NCBI GenBank assembly: GCA_964008355.1
Contig: CAXGBD010000003.1
Location: forward strand, 1-38,301
DNA from: an uncultured Gammaproteobacteria bacterium
GTDB taxonomy: Bacteria > Pseudomonadota > Gammaproteobacteria > Steroidobacterales > UBA11654
Reading direction: 5' to 3'
DNA length: 38,301 nucleotides
The notes under the pieces are model-generated. The model ran no database searches and was not told the DNA's origin. It worked only from the letters and a program-made list of their open reading frames with translations. The translations under genes and the position numbers were made by a program. Numbering within the stretch: position 1 is the first letter of the stretch; each line of letters opens with the position of its first letter. Below, piece by piece: positions 17,006-26,944 of this stretch.

Positions 17006-17893
17006 ATGTTGAAATCAATCATGATGGTTACCATGCTGGTAACCAATTTAAATACGATCGAGGAAGCTTATGATACTTACCTGGGTTACCAAGTGGTCGA
17101 GGAAGGACTGATCGATCGTTCTTTGGGATCAACATGGGGTGCAAGAGGCATGAATAAGCACCCATACATCATTATGCAACCCAGTAGTGGTGAAGAAGTT
17201 TATCTTCGGTTTATTGAAGATAAATCGATGACAAATTATAAACCTATGGGTACTCATGGCTGGAATTCTACAGAAATTCTAGTAGAAGACCCTGATGCGC
17301 TAGCAATGGAATTATCCAACTCAAGCTTCAATATTATTGGTCCACCCTATGATTTGTACCCAACTCCAAATGCCCCTAGAGCAATGCAAGTACTTGGACC
17401 ATCTAATGAAATTCTATACTTGACCAGGATTATTCCTGAGGGTTCAGGATTTAATTTAGGCAGTGCACAATCGTTTGTAGATAGGGTCTTTATCATGGTG
17501 GTAGGTGGTCCATCCATGAAAGCACTACAAGAATTTTATAAAGAGACGCTAAATATGCCAGTTAGCGAAGCTTCCGATTGGACAATTGGAGTCATATCAA
17601 GACTCAATGATCTTCCAGAAGATACAACCTATCCCCTTGCCATAGCCAGTTTTAAAAAGAATTTTCTAATAGAGTTGGACGAATACCCTCCTATTTTCTT
17701 ACCCAGAAAACGTGCAGTCAATCATCTTCCATTTTCAACATCAGTTGTTTCTTTTTTAGTTGATTCTTTGGATGATTTTGATATCGAGTGGCGTCGACCA
17801 CCTAGATTGATCCAAGATTTCCCTTACAATGGAAGGAAGGTTGGGGTAACCATTGGACCTGCAGGTGAATGGATCGAGTTAATTGAAGAATAG
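17006..17893 (+). CDS. Conserved hypothetical protein, probable two-domain VOC/glyoxalase fold (paralog 1)
   Basis: Y...LGY motif, MQVLGPSNEILYLT and C-terminal GPAGEWIELIE resemble VOC beta-alpha-beta-beta-beta repeats; clear similarity to 36462-37337. Confidence 0.6.
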   Translation: MLKSIMMVTMLVTNLNTIEEAYDTYLGYQVVEEGLIDRSLGSTWGARGMNKHPYIIMQPSSGEEVYLRFIEDKSMTNYKPMGTHGWNSTEILVEDPDALAMELSNSSFNIIGPPYDLYPTPNAPRAMQVLGPSNEILYLTRIIPEGSGFNLGSAQSFVDRVFIMVVGGPSMKALQEFYKETLNMPVSEASDWTIGVISRLNDLPEDTTYPLAIASFKKNFLIELDEYPPIFLPRKRAVNHLPFSTSVVSFLVDSLDDFDIEWRRPPRLIQDFPYNGRKVGVTIGPAGEWIELIEE

Positions 17894-17909
17894 TTTGGAG
17901 GAAAATTAA

Positions 17910-18203
17910 ATGTCAGTAATCGTTATATTAACATTAAAAGCAAAACCAGATAGTTACGATCAACTTGGCTCTATGCTCAAGGAGATTTTGTCAGATACAG
18001 CCTCATTTGAGGGGTGTAAAGGACTCTATGCATGTGGTGATCAGAACAGTCAAACTTTTTTACTGTATGAGGAATGGGAATCAGTTGAGCATCAGCAAAA
18101 ATATTTAGAGTGGAGAACACAAAGGGGGGATCTTGATGCATTGGGTACAATGCTACGTGAACCACCACTTTTTGAAACCAGAGATTTTATATTTTCTAGC
18201 TAA
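17910..18203 (+). CDS. Antibiotic-biosynthesis-monooxygenase (ABM) family protein
   Basis: 97 aa; L.AKP, T..FEGC, FLLYEEWES.EHQQ.Y pattern; strong GGAGG RBS. Confidence 0.8.
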   Translation: MSVIVILTLKAKPDSYDQLGSMLKEILSDTASFEGCKGLYACGDQNSQTFLLYEEWESVEHQQKYLEWRTQRGDLDALGTMLREPPLFETRDFIFSS

Positions 18204-18286
18204 GGATAATGACCGCATAAATGAGAATTAATAGAATAATTGTTACTTAGAAGCTGATCGTTCTAACCGCAATTGAGGAGAATTTT

Positions 18287-19135
18287 ATGACTTACAGTTG
18301 TTTTGAATATGAATTAAGAGATCACATAGCGCATATCTCTATGAGCAGAGGAGATAAGTTCAATACCATGACCAAGGCATTTTGGTCTGAATTGCCAGAA
18401 TTAGTGGATAAAATATCAGATGAAGCTGAAGCGAGAGTCATTGTACTTTCAGCTCAAGGTAAGCATTTTTGTGCCGGAATGGATCTTGCTAATTTTCAAG
18501 ATAATGGTGAAATACTTGGCACTGATGCTAAAAAAGTTAGTCAAGGTAGAAGAGGTGAAGCTCAATTTAGATTGACGCGTGAGTTGCAATACACCATTAG
18601 CTGTTTAGAAAAAGCTAGAATACCTGTGATTGCGGCCATTCAAGGTGCTTGCATAGGTAGTGCAGTTGATATGGTTACTGCCTGTGACATTAGGTATGCC
18701 ACCAAAGATGCCTTTTTTTGTATCCAAGAAATTAATATAGGAATGGCTGCTGATGTAGGCACCCTACAGAGACTTCCTTATTTAATTCCAGAAGGCATTG
18801 TCAGGGAGCTCGCCTATACAGGCAGGAAATTCTCTGCAGATGAAGCATTGAGGTATGGGCTTATAAATGCTGTTTTAGATACCCATGAAGCAGTCATTGA
18901 TCACGCACTTGATGTAGCTGGTGAAATTGCTAATAAAGCCCCACTGGCAGTAACAGGTGCTAAAGAAATACTGAATTATAATCGTGATCATAGTGTTGAA
19001 GAATCCCTTAATTACACTGCACTTTGGAATTCAGCTATGAATTTCTCAGATGACATGATGGAGGCTTTTAAATCCAAGGTCGAGAAAAAAGATCCAGAAT
19101 TCCAAGGCTTGGTAAAAAGAAAAAAGCATCTATAA
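18287..19135 (+). CDS. Crotonase-family enzyme, delta3,5-delta2,4-dienoyl-CoA isomerase (ECH1)-like
   Basis: HFCAGMDL, CIGSAVDMVTACDIR and QEINIGMAADVGTLQRLP carry the Asp/Glu/Asp set of dienoyl-CoA isomerases; GAGGAG RBS. Confidence 0.82.
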   Translation: MTYSCFEYELRDHIAHISMSRGDKFNTMTKAFWSELPELVDKISDEAEARVIVLSAQGKHFCAGMDLANFQDNGEILGTDAKKVSQGRRGEAQFRLTRELQYTISCLEKARIPVIAAIQGACIGSAVDMVTACDIRYATKDAFFCIQEINIGMAADVGTLQRLPYLIPEGIVRELAYTGRKFSADEALRYGLINAVLDTHEAVIDHALDVAGEIANKAPLAVTGAKEILNYNRDHSVEESLNYTALWNSAMNFSDDMMEAFKSKVEKKDPEFQGLVKRKKHL

Positions 19136-19160
19136 GGACAAGGTTTTTATAACAACTAGT

Positions 19161-19895
19161 TCAGGATGATTTCAATTCCACTAGCTCGTAATATGTTTGC
19201 ATGTACCCACCAACCGAGCCTTTTAAGAAGAGATAGTCTTCATCATTGGTACACCAAATATCGTAGGGGGGATGTTCTTGAGGTAATCCAGGGGTTCCAA
19301 CAAACTGAAAATGTAAGGCATCGAATGTCCCTGCTTTAATGGTAACTGATTCTTCTCCAAGGAAATCTATTGTCGAAGTAATTGAGAATAGCATTGGGCC
19401 GGTCGCTCCTCTATGATCGGGTGAAGAAAGGAGCATTTCACCTATGTTTTGTGGACCTTTTTTAGACCTGTCATACAATCGCAAATGCCAGGCATCACAA
19501 GCAATGGCGTGGTTCTGAAATGTTTTCAAACGACCTTTGGTTTGCATCTTTTGACTATTTCTGCCATCGAGCAATGTATTTGCTTCACATTCTGCATAAT
19601 CATCACCAAAATTAAACCAACCAGAGCCCATGAACTGATCGTTGACAGAAATTCTGACAAAACAATCCAAAGGCAACCAATTTTCATCTAGGCTATAGGT
19701 TATATCCCTCATTACAGCTGGTCGATCATCAATCTCACAGTGAGCAACAATTTTTCTATGACCGTTAGCATGTTTGTTGATTATGAAATATTCTCTACCT
19801 CTCTCTTGGCCTTGACGGTCTTCTTTTTCACTGAGGTAAATAATTTTTCCAGCAACAGTCTGGTGATCTTTCTGCAAGATACTTTCTTTATTCAT
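19161..19895 (-). CDS. Conserved hypothetical beta-rich protein
   Basis: Long ORF coupled to the upstream lipoprotein stop (start ATG 19895, MNKES). G.ESVTIKAGTFDA motif recalls DUF3108-like proteins; no confident function. Confidence 0.65.
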   Translation of the reverse strand: MNKESILQKDHQTVAGKIIYLSEKEDRQGQERGREYFIINKHANGHRKIVAHCEIDDRPAVMRDITYSLDENWLPLDCFVRISVNDQFMGSGWFNFGDDYAECEANTLLDGRNSQKMQTKGRLKTFQNHAIACDAWHLRLYDRSKKGPQNIGEMLLSSPDHRGATGPMLFSITSTIDFLGEESVTIKAGTFDALHFQFVGTPGLPQEHPPYDIWCTNDEDYLFLKGSVGGYMQTYYELVELKSS

Positions 19896-20412
19896 TGTTG
19901 TCATTTTCTTGGTTGTCGGTTTCACTTAATTCTCTTGTAATTTCTGGTGATGTCTCTTTATCAGGTTCAACCACCTCTAAGGGATCACCTATACCAAAAC
20001 GCAGCAAAAGATTGTAATGTGCAATGTCATCCAACTCATTAACGGCAATAATAGAATGTCGTTCTGAAAAAATACTATCAGGAATAATTAACTCATCACC
20101 AGCAAAACCACAAATTCTGCCAGTTCTCGAATTAAAATAGATGGAATCTGAGCTTCTAATAGATGCTGGTGGGGTAATTTGTAAGTGATATGATCTTGAT
20201 TTAGGTCTTCCATAGATAACCAAATTGGACCGGTCAAGTACTCTGTAATCTTGAATGGTGTCTTTGTTAAAACAACTCGACCCTAGTCTTACATTGTATC
20301 CAGTGCTAGTGGATCGTTCATTTTTTAATTGCTCTTCTTGCGTACATCCACTGAGTACTAATAGGCATTGTAAAAATATAACCAAATAGAATTTTCTATT
20401 TATAGAAATCAT
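19888..20412 (-). CDS. Hypothetical lipoprotein (DUF6491-like)
   Basis: Signal peptide with lipobox LSGC; CF....I.....D and ICG..GD pattern. Family assignment is from memory and unverified. Confidence 0.6.
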   Translation of the reverse strand: MISINRKFYLVIFLQCLLVLSGCTQEEQLKNERSTSTGYNVRLGSSCFNKDTIQDYRVLDRSNLVIYGRPKSRSYHLQITPPASIRSSDSIYFNSRTGRICGFAGDELIIPDSIFSERHSIIAVNELDDIAHYNLLLRFGIGDPLEVVEPDKETSPEITRELSETDNQENDNNE

Positions 20413-20523
20413 AGATATTTTTTTAAAATATTCTGTATATTATTTTTTATTTAGGTCAGAATAGCACATTAAATTATATATCCCTCGACAACTAAAACAC
20501 AAAATTAGATCCAATGAACCCCT

Positions 20524-21276
20524 ATGAATAAGATTCTTGTCTGCATCAAAAGAGTTATTGATTACAATATTAAAATCAGGATTAACTCTGATGAGTCCGG
20601 CGTCGTCACAGAAGGGGTTAAGATGAGTATTAACCCTTTTGATGAAATCGCTCTTGAGGAGGCTTTAAGAATTAAAGAATCTGGAAAGGCCAATGAGATT
20701 ATCGTTGTTTCCATTGGATCAGAAGATTGTCAGCAGCAGCTTAGGACCGGGCTTGCTATGGGAGCAGATCGTGCCATATTAGTCGAACATCAAGAACAAG
20801 CAGAACCTCTAATCGTTGCCAAGTTATTGTATGAAATTGTTCAGCAAGAAAAGCCAGAACTTATTTTGCTTGGTAAACAAGCTATTGATGATGACTGTAG
20901 CCAAACAGGACAAATGCTTGCTGAACTTTGTTCTTATGCCCAAGCTACTTTCATATCCAAGCTTGATATTGAGGGCAATGTCCTCACAGTCACCCGTGAG
21001 GTGGATCAAGGCCTTGAAAGTTTAGAAATAGACCTCCCTGCAATAGTGACAACTGATCTTAGGTTAAACGAACCAAGGTATGTGAAGTTGCCTGATATTA
21101 TGAAAGCTAAAAAGAAACCATTGGATGTTATGAATTCATCAGAATTCAATGTTTCTACAGATGCATTCTTTAAAGTCATCAAAGTTTCAGCACCACCACC
21201 CAGGCAGAGTGGAATTATGCTAACTAATGCTGATGAGGCGTTTGATGCACTTAAAACCAAAGGTTTTTTTGATTAA
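20524..21276 (+). CDS. etfB: Electron transfer flavoprotein beta subunit
   Basis: KRVID, INPFDEIALEEA, LAMGADRA, GKQAIDDD, DLRLNEPRY. Confidence 0.95.
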   Translation: MNKILVCIKRVIDYNIKIRINSDESGVVTEGVKMSINPFDEIALEEALRIKESGKANEIIVVSIGSEDCQQQLRTGLAMGADRAILVEHQEQAEPLIVAKLLYEIVQQEKPELILLGKQAIDDDCSQTGQMLAELCSYAQATFISKLDIEGNVLTVTREVDQGLESLEIDLPAIVTTDLRLNEPRYVKLPDIMKAKKKPLDVMNSSEFNVSTDAFFKVIKVSAPPPRQSGIMLTNADEAFDALKTKGFFD

Positions 21277-21293
21277 TTAATGCAGAGATCAAT

Positions 21294-22232
21294 ATGAATG
21301 TCTTAGTCATAGCTGAACACAACGATGGTTTGATCAATGTAAGTACTTCTAAAACATTGTCCTGTGTGTCTGATTTATCTTCACAACAAACAGATCTGTT
21401 AGTGTTGGGAAACAATTCAGAATTAGCAACCCAAGCTGCTCTGTTTCAGAATGTCAATTCTGTTCTGTATCTAGAAGATCAACGTTTTGATCATCAGGTC
21501 GCAGCCGTTATGTCCCCAGTCATTGCTCACCTTGCAACTGAATATGATTGTGTGTTGTGTCCTTCGACGACTTTCGGTAGAGATTTGATGCCACGTGTAG
21601 CAGCATTACTTGATGTGGGACAGATGACAGACATCATGGCTGTAACTGGACCATTGACTTTTGAGAGACCTATTTATGCTGGAAACGCCATTCAAACCAT
21701 AGAAGTAACAGACAAAGAAAAAATTGTTGGAACGGTCAGGCTTGCTTCATACAAAGAAGTAGAGATGAATAATCAAGCCAACATAAAACATATTGAACTA
21801 CCAGAAATTGAATTGCCACTACATTCCCGTTTCTTAGGAATTCAATCAGAGACAAACGAACGGCCAGATCTTCAAGTTGCCAAAATAGTTATTTCTGGGG
21901 GAAGAGGATTAGGCAGTTCTGAGAATTTTAATTTACTGTATGATCTCGCTGATAAAATGGGAGCCGCTGTGGGAGCCTCCCGTGCAGCTGTTGATGCTGG
22001 TTATGTTTCAAACGATATGCAGGTGGGTCAAACCGGTAAAATTATTGCCCCTGATCTTTATTTTGCATTTGGAATATCAGGTGCTATTCAACATCTGGCT
22101 GGGATCAAAGACGCAGGAACTATTGTTGCTGTAAACAAAGACCCCGATGCTCCTATCTTTGAAATAGCTGATATTGGAATTGTTGCAGACTTGTTTAATT
22201 TTATCCCTGAATTCATAGCTAAAATCAATTAA
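21294..22232 (+). CDS. etfA: Electron transfer flavoprotein alpha subunit
   Basis: RPIYAGN, SGGRG, GASRAAVDAG, QVGQTGK, GISGAIQHLAG, NKDPDAPIF. Confidence 0.95.
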   Translation: MNVLVIAEHNDGLINVSTSKTLSCVSDLSSQQTDLLVLGNNSELATQAALFQNVNSVLYLEDQRFDHQVAAVMSPVIAHLATEYDCVLCPSTTFGRDLMPRVAALLDVGQMTDIMAVTGPLTFERPIYAGNAIQTIEVTDKEKIVGTVRLASYKEVEMNNQANIKHIELPEIELPLHSRFLGIQSETNERPDLQVAKIVISGGRGLGSSENFNLLYDLADKMGAAVGASRAAVDAGYVSNDMQVGQTGKIIAPDLYFAFGISGAIQHLAGIKDAGTIVAVNKDPDAPIFEIADIGIVADLFNFIPEFIAKIN

Positions 22233-22238
22233 AATTAA

Positions 22239-23441
22239 ATGAAAGCAAAAATGCCTCCAATTTTATTGCTGGGCATTGCCAGCGGTATCTCCCCTTTTGC
22301 CATGGCGATAGTTGTTCCTACTTTGGAAGTTTTTGCACAAAAATATCAAGCCCCCTACTCAACCGTCCAGTTCATTATTTCTGCCTATTTGTTTGGTTTG
22401 GCTGTTGCTCAACCGATCGTAGGTTTTGTGTCTGATAAAATAGGAAGAAGACCAGTGCTAATTACTGGATTTCTCCTATATGTGGTAGCTTCAATAATTT
22501 GTGTCACCACTGAGAGTATTAATGCTTTAATAATTGCAAGATTTCTTCAAGGAACAGGGGGCAGCGTCGGTAGTGTTATTTCCAGAGCTATCATCAGGGA
22601 TACCACCAGTCCCGAGCAGTCTGCCAAAGCTTTATCAAGAGTAACCGCAATCATGGGTAGCGCACCTATGATTGCTCCAGTTATAGGTGGTCTTGCATAT
22701 CAATTTTTTGGCAATCCCAATGATATTTTTATTATTACGGCTATTTTTGGGATAGTTGTACTGGTTCCGATATTTTTTAAAATACCAGAAACAAAAGAAA
22801 CAAAGAAAGATGATCTAACACAAACAGTTCAAAAAGACACTTGGCTTGAAAAATACAAATATTTACTCAGTTCAAAAATCTTTTTAGGTTCATCATTCAT
22901 TTATGCATTCACCACCGGTGGTTTTTTCTCATTTCTAGCCGTCGGTTCAACTGTTTTCTCTAAGGAATTGGGAATTGAAGCAACAGGTTTTGGTGTGATG
23001 TGGAGCTTGATGACCATTTTATATTCCTTGAGTTCATTCATTAGTGGTAATTTGTCAGAGAAATATGGATTGATGAAAGTTCTCTTGAGCGGTGTAATAA
23101 TTAATCTGGCCGCAGGTAGTTTATTTTTTTTGCTGTTTTATATCGCCGGCTTCACTTATTTGACAATAATATTGCCCCTAGTGTTGATGTTTTTTGGACA
23201 TGGATTCCTGGTTCCTATGTCTACAGCAAATGCAGTCAGTGGAAAGCTTGCTGTAGCTGGGGCCAGCTCAGGTCTATACAGTTCTATTGGTTTAACGATA
23301 GGAGGACTCTTTAGTATTTTATCCGGTGCGATTTATGATGGGAATTTTTCACCCATCGCTGCCATCATCATGATTTCAACAATGCTTTGTGCTCTAAGTT
23401 ATCTACTGGTTCGAAGTGGTGAGAGATCACGCTTTGATTGA
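22239..23441 (+). CDS. Bcr/CflA-family MFS efflux transporter
   Basis: VQ..ISAYLFG, SDKIGRRPVL, ARFLQG, SRAIIRD, AP.IAPVIGG. Confidence 0.88.
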   Translation: MKAKMPPILLLGIASGISPFAMAIVVPTLEVFAQKYQAPYSTVQFIISAYLFGLAVAQPIVGFVSDKIGRRPVLITGFLLYVVASIICVTTESINALIIARFLQGTGGSVGSVISRAIIRDTTSPEQSAKALSRVTAIMGSAPMIAPVIGGLAYQFFGNPNDIFIITAIFGIVVLVPIFFKIPETKETKKDDLTQTVQKDTWLEKYKYLLSSKIFLGSSFIYAFTTGGFFSFLAVGSTVFSKELGIEATGFGVMWSLMTILYSLSSFISGNLSEKYGLMKVLLSGVIINLAAGSLFFLLFYIAGFTYLTIILPLVLMFFGHGFLVPMSTANAVSGKLAVAGASSGLYSSIGLTIGGLFSILSGAIYDGNFSPIAAIIMISTMLCALSYLLVRSGERSRFD

Positions 23442-24111
23442 CTGATTCACTGCCCGGTTTAATGACGCCGATGGCAGCTTCAACCAATAATATTGCCCAG
23501 ATTGTCAATACAAAAACTCTGCATTTAGATAGACTATCAGCCATGGCTTTATTTTCTTGATCATTAATCGAGCCGCTTGCAATTTTGTGAATACCTTGGG
23601 CAAACCCACCTATGTATTTTCGAATCATGATGCCACAAAATATTAAGGCAGCAAACAAGAGTAACTTGGCTCCAATCCATGGTTCTGAGTCCAATCTCCC
23701 ACTAGTCCAGTCCATCGTTACAGAAATAATAATTGCGAACATCATCACCCATCTAAAAATATAATCGATTCGAGTGATTCTTTTTACCAGATCGGTTCCC
23801 TCATTAAAATGAATATAGAGCAACACACTGAACCAAACAGGACCTAGAAGTATTATTCCTAATCTGAATAAAGGATCATGCTCTATGCCATAACTCTCTG
23901 AAAGGATTCCACCAACAGTTAACATCAAACTCAGACAAAGTCTGGGAACCAAGTCCAGATTGATCATAATTTTCCCTGCAATTTTCCTTGCTTCTATTGA
24001 ATGGTTACTATTAATAGCAAATCCACTGGAATAAAAAACACCGATATCTCCACCCAACCAGTAGGCAAAAAGCAATAAGTGCAATATAAGTGTTACATCT
24101 TGTACTGACAT
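23368..24111 (-). CDS. Hypothetical integral membrane protein (about 6 TM)
   Basis: Hydrophobic ORF with LHLLLFAYWLGGDIGVFYSS and D.VPR motifs; GAGG RBS upstream; last gene of the minus-strand run. Confidence 0.7.
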   Translation of the reverse strand: MSVQDVTLILHLLLFAYWLGGDIGVFYSSGFAINSNHSIEARKIAGKIMINLDLVPRLCLSLMLTVGGILSESYGIEHDPLFRLGIILLGPVWFSVLLYIHFNEGTDLVKRITRIDYIFRWVMMFAIIISVTMDWTSGRLDSEPWIGAKLLLFAALIFCGIMIRKYIGGFAQGIHKIASGSINDQENKAMADSLSKCRVFVLTIWAILLVEAAIGVIKPGSESVNQSVISHHFEPVDNLEHKALLKS

Positions 24112-24127
24112 TTTTCTAACCTCTCAT

Positions 24128-25126
24128 TTATTTTAACGTAACAATGGCTTTGCCAAAATTCTCGCCCCTCATTAATCTGCAAAAAAGTATTGGAGCTTGA
24201 TCAAGTCCAAAAACTTCATCTTCCTTATATTTTATTTTACCCTCATCTAGCCACTTGGATGCAAGTGAAATAAATTGTTCTTGTTTATCATAGTGATCAT
24301 AAACTACTACACCCTTAATGGTTGCTCTTGCTCCTACTACCGGTGCTAAATTCGGTCCTGGTGGTGTAGTTTCTGAATTATATTGTGTCATAAATCCACA
24401 AAGAACAATTCTTGCGTGCATCGCAAGATTATTGGTCATGGTTTCCAGTGTTTGACCTCCGACATTATCAAAATAAATATCAACTCCATTTGGACAAAGT
24501 TGTTTTATTCTCTGATCCAAGTTTTCTGTCTTATAATTAATACATTCAAAGAAACCAAATTCTTCTTTGACCAGCGAACACTTTGCCATACTCCCTGCAA
24601 TTCCTAATGCTTTGGCACCAGATATTTGAGCAATTTGTCCTACCATACTTCCCACTGGACCACTGGCTGCAGAAACAACTACAATGTCGCCATCCTTGGG
24701 TTCTCCATAGACCAACAAGCCTGCATAAGCGGTTAAACCAGGCATGCCCAGAATACCAAGTGCTGTAGTAATCGGGGCTTGTTCCGGGTTGAGTTTACGA
24801 ACACCCTCTCCATTAGTTACCGCATATTCTTGCCAGCCGTTAGAGCAAACAATGATCTCACCCTCATTGAAGTCATCATTTTTTGACTTGATAACTTCTC
24901 CAATAGTGCGGCCAGCAATCACATCTCCTATGTTTATTTTCTCTGCATAGATGTGTTTTCCTGTAATAAGTCCACGAATATAAGGATCAAGAGAAATATG
25001 GATTGTTTTTGTCAGTATTTGATTCCTAGCAATATTGGGTATTGGTGTATTGATCAGACCAAAATCTCTAACTTCAGGAATGCCTCGAGGATTTCTTTTT
25101 AAAATAATTTGATTATTAGTACTCAA
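24128..25126 (-). CDS. NADP-dependent oxidoreductase (CurA/YncB, prostaglandin-reductase-like MDR)
   Basis: SLDPY.RG, LG.LGMPGLTAY.GL, VSAASGPVG, CPNGVDIYFDNVGG, G.NFGK. Start uncertain (TTG 25126 or 25147). Confidence 0.88.
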   Translation of the reverse strand: MSTNNQIILKRNPRGIPEVRDFGLINTPIPNIARNQILTKTIHISLDPYIRGLITGKHIYAEKINIGDVIAGRTIGEVIKSKNDDFNEGEIIVCSNGWQEYAVTNGEGVRKLNPEQAPITTALGILGMPGLTAYAGLLVYGEPKDGDIVVVSAASGPVGSMVGQIAQISGAKALGIAGSMAKCSLVKEEFGFFECINYKTENLDQRIKQLCPNGVDIYFDNVGGQTLETMTNNLAMHARIVLCGFMTQYNSETTPPGPNLAPVVGARATIKGVVVYDHYDKQEQFISLASKWLDEGKIKYKEDEVFGLDQAPILFCRLMRGENFGKAIVTLK

Positions 25127-25133
25127 GTGATAT

Positions 25134-25616
25134 TTAAATTTGACCAAGCATAAATTCGCAACTACTTACTCTAAATTCTCCTCCTTCTTCAATATTTAAG
25201 GTTTCAATAACACCATTATTAGTAATTAAAGAAAAACGCTGCGATCTTGTTCCCATACCATATCCTGAAGCGTCCAATTCTAGACCAAGTGCTTTAGTGA
25301 ATGCTCCGTTTCCATCTGCAAGCATCAAAACTTCTTCATCGGCTCCATGACTTTTACCCCAAGCATTCATCACAAATACGTCATTGACCGACATGCATGC
25401 CACAATATCAATACCCTTTTCTTTTAATTGTTGAGCTTGACCTATGAAACCTGGTAAATGCTGTTGAGAACAAGTGGGAGTAAATGCTCCTGGAACTGCA
25501 AACAAAGCTACTTTTTTGTTTGCAAATAAATCCTCATATGTCACCGCAGAGGGTCCTTCCTTATTCATGGTTGTGAGTTCAATATTTGGGATCTGATCTC
25601 CTATAGCTATAGTCAT
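25134..25616 (-). CDS. Peroxiredoxin, Prx5 subfamily
   Basis: VPGAFTPTCS..HLPG, SVNDVFVM.AW, LADGNG.F, RSQRF; start ATG 25616 after an AAGGA RBS. Confidence 0.93.
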   Translation of the reverse strand: MTIAIGDQIPNIELTTMNKEGPSAVTYEDLFANKKVALFAVPGAFTPTCSQQHLPGFIGQAQQLKEKGIDIVACMSVNDVFVMNAWGKSHGADEEVLMLADGNGAFTKALGLELDASGYGMGTRSQRFSLITNNGVIETLNIEEGGEFRVSSCEFMLGQI

Positions 25617-25684
25617 AATATTTTCCTTGTGTTTTATTCTAAATTGTATCTGATGATTCAATTAAATCTATTTTCACCATAATC

Positions 25685-26944
25685 TTATTCAACCATAAAT
25701 AAAGCAATTTTAGGAATGAATGAGACCAACATTAAACCGGTTATCATGATAATTAAAAATGGTATTGTTGATTTACAAACGGTCCAGAACTTCTCTTTAA
25801 AAACTCCCATTGCCACAATTAAATTTAACCCCAATGGAGGGGTCAGATAACCTATTTCTAAATTCATAACCATGATAATACCAAAGTGGATGGGGTCAAT
25901 TCCTTGTGAAATAGCAATGGGGCCAAGCATTGGAGCCAAAATAAGGATGGCAGATCCTATGTCAATTAGACAGCCAATAATTAATAAAAAGAAATTGATT
26001 GATAACAATGCAGTAATTGGATTATCAATGCGTTGACTGAGCCAAGACACTAGGTTTTGTGGTACTTCTTCATAGGTTAGAAAGACATTTAAACTTAGTG
26101 CAATCATAAGTACAGGGAATAATGATCCCAGCAGTTTTGTGGTCTCAGAAATGACTTCAAATAGAACCTCCCATTTCATTTCTTTATGAATGAATGTTTC
26201 AACAATGATCGCATAGACTACCGCGACCGCAGCTGATTCTGTTGCTGTAAAGTACCCAGTATAAATACCCCCTAATATAATAATGGGCATCAGCAGTGCC
26301 CAAATTCCATTCTTTATAGATTTGAAAATATATCCTATGTTCCAACTGCCTTCTCTATGGCTAAAATTCTGCATCATTGCATAACCCAGCATCAACATAG
26401 TAAGCAATAAAGCAGGTCCAATACCTGCAATGAATAAGTCACCAATGGATGTTTGCGTCATAATTCCATAAAGGATCAGCGGAATACTCGGTGGGACAAC
26501 AATACCTAAAGTACCTGCTGCACAAAGTGCACCCAGTGCAAAACTTCTAGGATAACCAGCATCGATCAATGCAGGATACATAAGTGTTCCAATGGCTAAC
26601 AAGGTTACAGTTCCAGATCCAGAGACGGCAGCGAAGGCGGCACAAGAAAGGATAGTCGCAATGGCTAAACCACCTGGAATCGGAGCGGTCAGTGCTTTCA
26701 TCAGGTCTATTAATCTAGATGCCATACCTCCTTTTGACATGATATTTCCTGCCAATATAAAAAGAGGAATTGAAAGCAGGATATCCTTGTTTGCCGCATC
26801 CCAAGCATCAACCACTATATTGCTTATAACTCCATCTCCAAAAGCCCAGTATGCGTAGGCTGTGGCAATCCCGAGTACGACAATTAGGTTTTGCCTTAAC
26901 ATGAATAAGACAATGACAATAATTGGAAGAAAAACTGCACTCAT
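25685..26944 (-). CDS. dctM: TRAP transporter large permease
   Basis: IPLFILAGNIM, FAAVSGS, GTLGIVVPPSIPLILYG, FTATESAA, GIDPIHFG, LTPPLGLNL. Confidence 0.92.
   Translation of the reverse strand: MSAVFLPIIVIVLFMLRQNLIVVLGIATAYAYWAFGDGVISNIVVDAWDAANKDILLSIPLFILAGNIMSKGGMASRLIDLMKALTAPIPGGLAIATILSCAAFAAVSGSGTVTLLAIGTLMYPALIDAGYPRSFALGALCAAGTLGIVVPPSIPLILYGIMTQTSIGDLFIAGIGPALLLTMLMLGYAMMQNFSHREGSWNIGYIFKSIKNGIWALLMPIIILGGIYTGYFTATESAAVAVVYAIIVETFIHKEMKWEVLFEVISETTKLLGSLFPVLMIALSLNVFLTYEEVPQNLVSWLSQRIDNPITALLSINFFLLIIGCLIDIGSAILILAPMLGPIAISQGIDPIHFGIIMVMNLEIGYLTPPLGLNLIVAMGVFKEKFWTVCKSTIPFLIIMITGLMLVSFIPKIALFMVE

Noticed and set aside
18247-18266. TTAGAA-N8-TTCTAA inverted repeat upstream of the crotonase gene
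   Set aside because: Only a 6-bp AT-rich stem with no U tract; cannot be distinguished from chance.
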